DNA of 64,000 nt from NCBI GenBank assembly GCA_903904655.1, contig CAIVDK010000139.1:3325-67324 (forward strand), in the 5' to 3' direction. Made by a program: the position numbers and the translations under genes. Positions 61,057-64,000 of the stretch are shown here, one piece after another. The notes below the pieces were generated by a model, which was not told the DNA's origin, did no database searches, and worked only from the letters and a program-made list of their open reading frames with translations. The number at the start of each line of letters is the position of its first letter. The stretch's first letter is position 1. This stretch comes from an uncultured delta proteobacterium. Lineage in GTDB: Bacteria > Desulfobacterota > Syntrophia > Syntrophales > Smithellaceae.

Positions 61057-61210
61057 CGCCTCCCATTATATTATTTCTTTTTTATTTTTTCTCTTTAATA
61101 TAAATAATTAGTATTAGTAATAAGCCTTGTGGATATGTTGATTACTATATTTTTTAGTATTATTTCAACCCTCTTTACTTATAAACCCTGTGGAAGAAAT
61201 GTTTAAATCC
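61057..61210. other. Candidate oriC segment / DNA-unwinding region (dnaA-dnaN intergenic)
   Basis: 154-bp, very AT-rich spacer containing TGTGGATAT (61128-61136, 8/9 to the DnaA-box complement TGTGGATAA) and TGTGGAAGA (61189-61197, 7/9). Confidence 0.45.
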
Positions 61211-62569
61211 CTACGACGTTTTATTGATAACACTGTCTTCAATGTCCTGAACCATCTTTTTAAAATTTGAATCGGTGTCTATTATATTTAAAATTTTATT
61301 ATTAGCGTAAATCACAGTTGAATGATCGCGGCCGCCAATTTTTTGACCAATATCCGGGTAGGAGAAATTTGTCAATTTCCTGGCGAGATACATAGATATT
61401 TGCCTGGCTAAAACGAGATTTTTGTTTTTATTATGGGCTTTAATATCCGCAATTTTTATATTCATTCGACCTGCGACCACTTTAATAATTTCTTCCACAC
61501 TAACTTCTTCTTTATTATTATGTTTAACTAGTTTTTTAAGCACCTCCTTCACTAAATCCAAATCTATTTCTCTATTAGTGAGAGAGGAATAGGCGGAAAT
61601 GCGGATCAAAAAACCTTCCAATTCTCTAATATTAGACTCGACATTGGAAGCGATATAATGAGCAACGGTAGGTGATAATTCAAGTTTACTTTCCTGCATT
61701 TTCTTTTCGATAATCGCAATTTTTGTTTCTATTTCAGGTAGTTGAATATCGGCTATCAATCCCCACTCAAACCGGGATCGCAATCTTCCCTCTAAATTAG
61801 GGATATCTTTTGGAAATTTATCGCTGGTGACGACAATCTGCTTACCGGAATCGTGTAACGTATTAAATGTATGAAAAAATTCTTCCTGGGTTCTGTCCTT
61901 GCCCGCCAAAAACTGAATATCATCAATTAAAAGACAGCCGATATTACGGTATTTTTCACGAAATTTTGGCATCCGGTCATAACGGATCGAATTAATCATT
62001 TCATTCATAAAGGCTTCCGCCGAGACATACATGACATTTAAATCAGGATGAGATGCGTTTGTCATCAGACCAATTGCATTGAGCAGATGAGTTTTTCCTA
62101 AACCTGAACCGCCGTAAATAAAAAGAGGGTTATAATTTTTAGCCGGCTGCTTGGCCACGGCGATGGAGGCGGCATGAGCAAACTGGTTGGATGGGCCGAT
62201 CACAAATCGGTCGAACGTATAATTGCTGTTTAAAAAAGAAATATTTTTGTTCCTGGCAACCGGAGCAGACGAGTGATGATTTTGGCCCTGCTCAAAAGGC
62301 AGTACGGCAGCTTCCTGCTTTTTTTCCTTATCTTTACTCAACATAAAATCAATATCAACACTGATACCGACTACACTGTGCAGAGAGTTTTTAATCAGGG
62401 ATAAATAATTATCCATCAGCCAGTCCTTAAAAAATTTATTGGGGACGCCCAATTGGACACATTTATCTTCCATCGCCACGATTTTGATGGGTTTTATCCA
62501 GGTATCAAAATTCTGTTTTGATACTTTTTCCTGAATGATTTTAGTGGCTTTATCCCAAACAGATTCCAT
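61211..62569 (-). CDS. dnaA: Chromosomal replication initiator DnaA
   Basis: YNPLFIYGGSGLGKTHLL (Walker A), LLIDDIQFL (Walker B), LRSRFEWGL, C-terminal DNA-binding helix GGRDHSTVIYA. Confidence 0.97.
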   Translation of the reverse strand: MESVWDKATKIIQEKVSKQNFDTWIKPIKIVAMEDKCVQLGVPNKFFKDWLMDNYLSLIKNSLHSVVGISVDIDFMLSKDKEKKQEAAVLPFEQGQNHHSSAPVARNKNISFLNSNYTFDRFVIGPSNQFAHAASIAVAKQPAKNYNPLFIYGGSGLGKTHLLNAIGLMTNASHPDLNVMYVSAEAFMNEMINSIRYDRMPKFREKYRNIGCLLIDDIQFLAGKDRTQEEFFHTFNTLHDSGKQIVVTSDKFPKDIPNLEGRLRSRFEWGLIADIQLPEIETKIAIIEKKMQESKLELSPTVAHYIASNVESNIRELEGFLIRISAYSSLTNREIDLDLVKEVLKKLVKHNNKEEVSVEEIIKVVAGRMNIKIADIKAHNKNKNLVLARQISMYLARKLTNFSYPDIGQKIGGRDHSTVIYANNKILNIIDTDSNFKKMVQDIEDSVINKTS

Positions 62570-62592
62570 TATAAACCTTTTATAAACAATGC

Positions 62593-62610
62593 TATCAACA
62601 AGTGTTGATA
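62593..62610. promoter_or_regulatory. Palindromic pair of DnaA-box-like sites upstream of dnaA
   Basis: tatcaaca-ag-tgttgata. TGTTGATAA (62603-62611) is 8/9 to TGTGGATAA and CTATCAACA is 7/9 to TTATCCACA. It lies 24-41 nt upstream of the dnaA ATG. Confidence 0.4.
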
Positions 62611-62686
62611 AGTCTTTTTATGATTTTAATCCCGCTGTTGCGGGACGAGCGTTAATTCTCCGCAGCAAGCTCGCGAGGTGGTTGAT

Positions 62687-63544
62687 TTACAATTCATCCA
62701 GAAGGTAACGCGCCAGACGGTTCAGCTCATCCATTGAGGTGTAGGTAATTTCAATTGCACCTTTTTTGGATGAACCCTTAAGTTGCACCCGGGCCATACA
62801 TTTTGTCGTCAATGACTTTTCCAGATCCGCCATAAAACGATCTTTAACAGTGATCTTTTTTTCCTCAGGTTTTTGTTTTAACTTATTAATTAATTTTTCA
62901 GTTTCCCGGACGTTGAGTCCCCGCTTTAAAATAATATCCAGGGCTGCCATTTGTTCTTCTTGTGACGTCAGCGCCAAAATACCGCGCGCGTGTCCCGATG
63001 TGATTTTTTTTTCCATCAGGGCGGCTTTGGCTTTGGCCGGCAGCTTTAAAAGTCGGACCGTGTTGGCGATTGTTGAACGGTCTTTACCGACTCGGGCGGA
63101 GATTAACTCCTGGGAGAGGTTAAATTTCTCCATCAGCGTGACGTAGGCGTCCGCTTCTTCCAGGGGATTGAGCTCTTCACGCAGCAGATTTTCAACCAGA
63201 GATAATTCGGCAGCTTCTCGATCGGAGGCTTTCCGAATAACAATCGGTACATCCTTCAGGCCTGCCGCCTGCGCGGCGCGCCAGCGTCTTTCTCCGGCGA
63301 TAATTTCATATCCGGAATCAGCCTTGCGGACAACAATCGGCTGAATGATACCGCTTTGCTTGATGGAAGCGACCAGTTTCTTTTGTTCTTCGTCGTTAAA
63401 ATTCTTACGGGGCTGGTATTGATTCGGACGCAACTCCTCAATTCCACAGCTGTTGGCGGTTAATTTCTTGCCGGTATCGCTGTCGAGCAGATCCGAAAAA
63501 ATAGCGCCAAGTCCTTTGCCCAGCGCGTCTTTTTTTTGCGCCAT
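62687..63544 (-). CDS. parB: Chromosome partitioning protein ParB/Spo0J
   Basis: IEELRPNQYQPRKNF, GIIQPIVVRK, YEIIAGERRWRAAQAAGL (ParB box II), with an HTH region after it. Confidence 0.95.
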   Translation of the reverse strand: MAQKKDALGKGLGAIFSDLLDSDTGKKLTANSCGIEELRPNQYQPRKNFNDEEQKKLVASIKQSGIIQPIVVRKADSGYEIIAGERRWRAAQAAGLKDVPIVIRKASDREAAELSLVENLLREELNPLEEADAYVTLMEKFNLSQELISARVGKDRSTIANTVRLLKLPAKAKAALMEKKITSGHARGILALTSQEEQMAALDIILKRGLNVRETEKLINKLKQKPEEKKITVKDRFMADLEKSLTTKCMARVQLKGSSKKGAIEITYTSMDELNRLARYLLDEL

Positions 63545-64000
63545 TTATCTTTCCCCCTGAAGAATTTCCCGTGCCAGTTCCATATAGGCAATCGCTCCGC
63601 GCGATTTGATATCATAAAGAATTATAGGCAAACCGTGGCTGGGGCTTTCCGAAAGCCGCACATTGCGCGGAATGATCGTTTTAAAAACCTTATTGCCCAG
63701 ATGTTTGCGGACATCTTCCATCACGCGATGTGATAATGAATTACGCACATCGAACATTGTCAACAAAATGCCGCCTAAGGCTAATGCCGGATTTAAGTTA
63801 GCTTTTACTAATTTCACGGTGTTGAGTAAGTATCCCAATCCTTCCATGGCAAAATACTCACACTGTAAGGGAACAATCAAAGAATCAGCAGCGACGAGAG
63901 CGTTGACCGTCATGAAGCCAAGTGACGGCGGGCAATCAATTACTATAAAGTCGTAGGCCCTGTCCAGCGATTTTAATATCTGACGCAGGCGGACTTCGCG
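63545..64000 (-). CDS. parA: Chromosome partitioning ATPase ParA/Soj, 5' end beyond the window
   Basis: The frame is open from 64000. It reads ...LDRAYDFIVIDCPPSLGFMTVNALVAADSLIVPLQCEYFAMEGL...ILLTMFD...IPRNVRLSEAP-like. Its stop abuts the parB ATG. The track lists only the internal-Met part (63545..63913). Confidence 0.9.
   Translation of the reverse strand, partial: REVRLRQILKSLDRAYDFIVIDCPPSLGFMTVNALVAADSLIVPLQCEYFAMEGLGYLLNTVKLVKANLNPALALGGILLTMFDVRNSLSHRVMEDVRKHLGNKVFKTIIPRNVRLSESPSHGLPIILYDIKSRGAIAYMELAREILQGER

Noticed and set aside
62570-64000. Search for a parS site (TGTTNCACGTGAAACA-like) near parAB
   Set aside because: I found no CACGTG-centred 16-mer by eye in or around parB or parA. 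This cannot be excluded without a pattern search, so nothing is reported.

Overview
64-kb bacterial chromosomal window with moderate GC. A Desulfobacterota-like anaerobe is only a guess from gene content. All family calls come from motif recognition by eye; no searches were run.

Three blocks:
(1) 1-2.0 kb: the 3'-truncated end of an ABC substrate-binding protein gene and a DcaP-like porin.
(2) 2.1-51.2 kb: one large surface-glycan island.
(3) 51.2-64 kb: a QueG-like Fe-S protein on the plus strand, then on the minus strand a twin zinc-ribbon protein, rtcB, archease and the origin neighbourhood gyrA-gyrB-dnaN-dnaA-parB-parA.

The island is organised around a divergent promoter at about 13.0-13.2 kb.
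- Left arm (minus strand): XRE regulator, Wza-like exporter, PCP/Wzz, Wzy/O-antigen-ligase-like protein, ExeA-like AAA+ ATPase with SPOR repeats, degenerate BY-kinase-like ATPase, two GT4 enzymes and the priming phosphoglycosyltransferase.
- Right arm (plus strand, tightly coupled): galE, an anchored unknown protein, a BNR beta-propeller, four glycosyltransferases, an OmpA-like protein, tandemly duplicated FemAB/CelD-like acyltransferases, an SGNH protein and a MurJ-like flippase.
- A mosaic of further modules follows: AT3 acyltransferase, a third CelD-like gene, an ATP-grasp ligase, a GT-C-like::FGE-sulfatase fusion, and an ACP + adenylating enzyme + GNAT-like + high-GC methyltransferase cassette.
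- Then come a DUF1566 lipoprotein, a GT87 + Ppm1-like pair, and an ArnB/C/D/T-like lipid-linked aminosugar module containing WecE and two methyltransferases.

No rRNA, tRNA, CRISPR array, transposase, integrase, reverse transcriptase or recognisable defence system was seen.

Most noteworthy observations:
- the membrane::FGE fusion;
- a DGR-variable-region-like codon pattern at the C-terminus of the DUF1566 protein, with no TR or RT in the window;
- the carrier-protein / ATP-grasp / FemAB-like decoration genes;
- an in-frame polypurine insertion in a GT4 gene;
- structured repeat elements splitting archease from rtcB.
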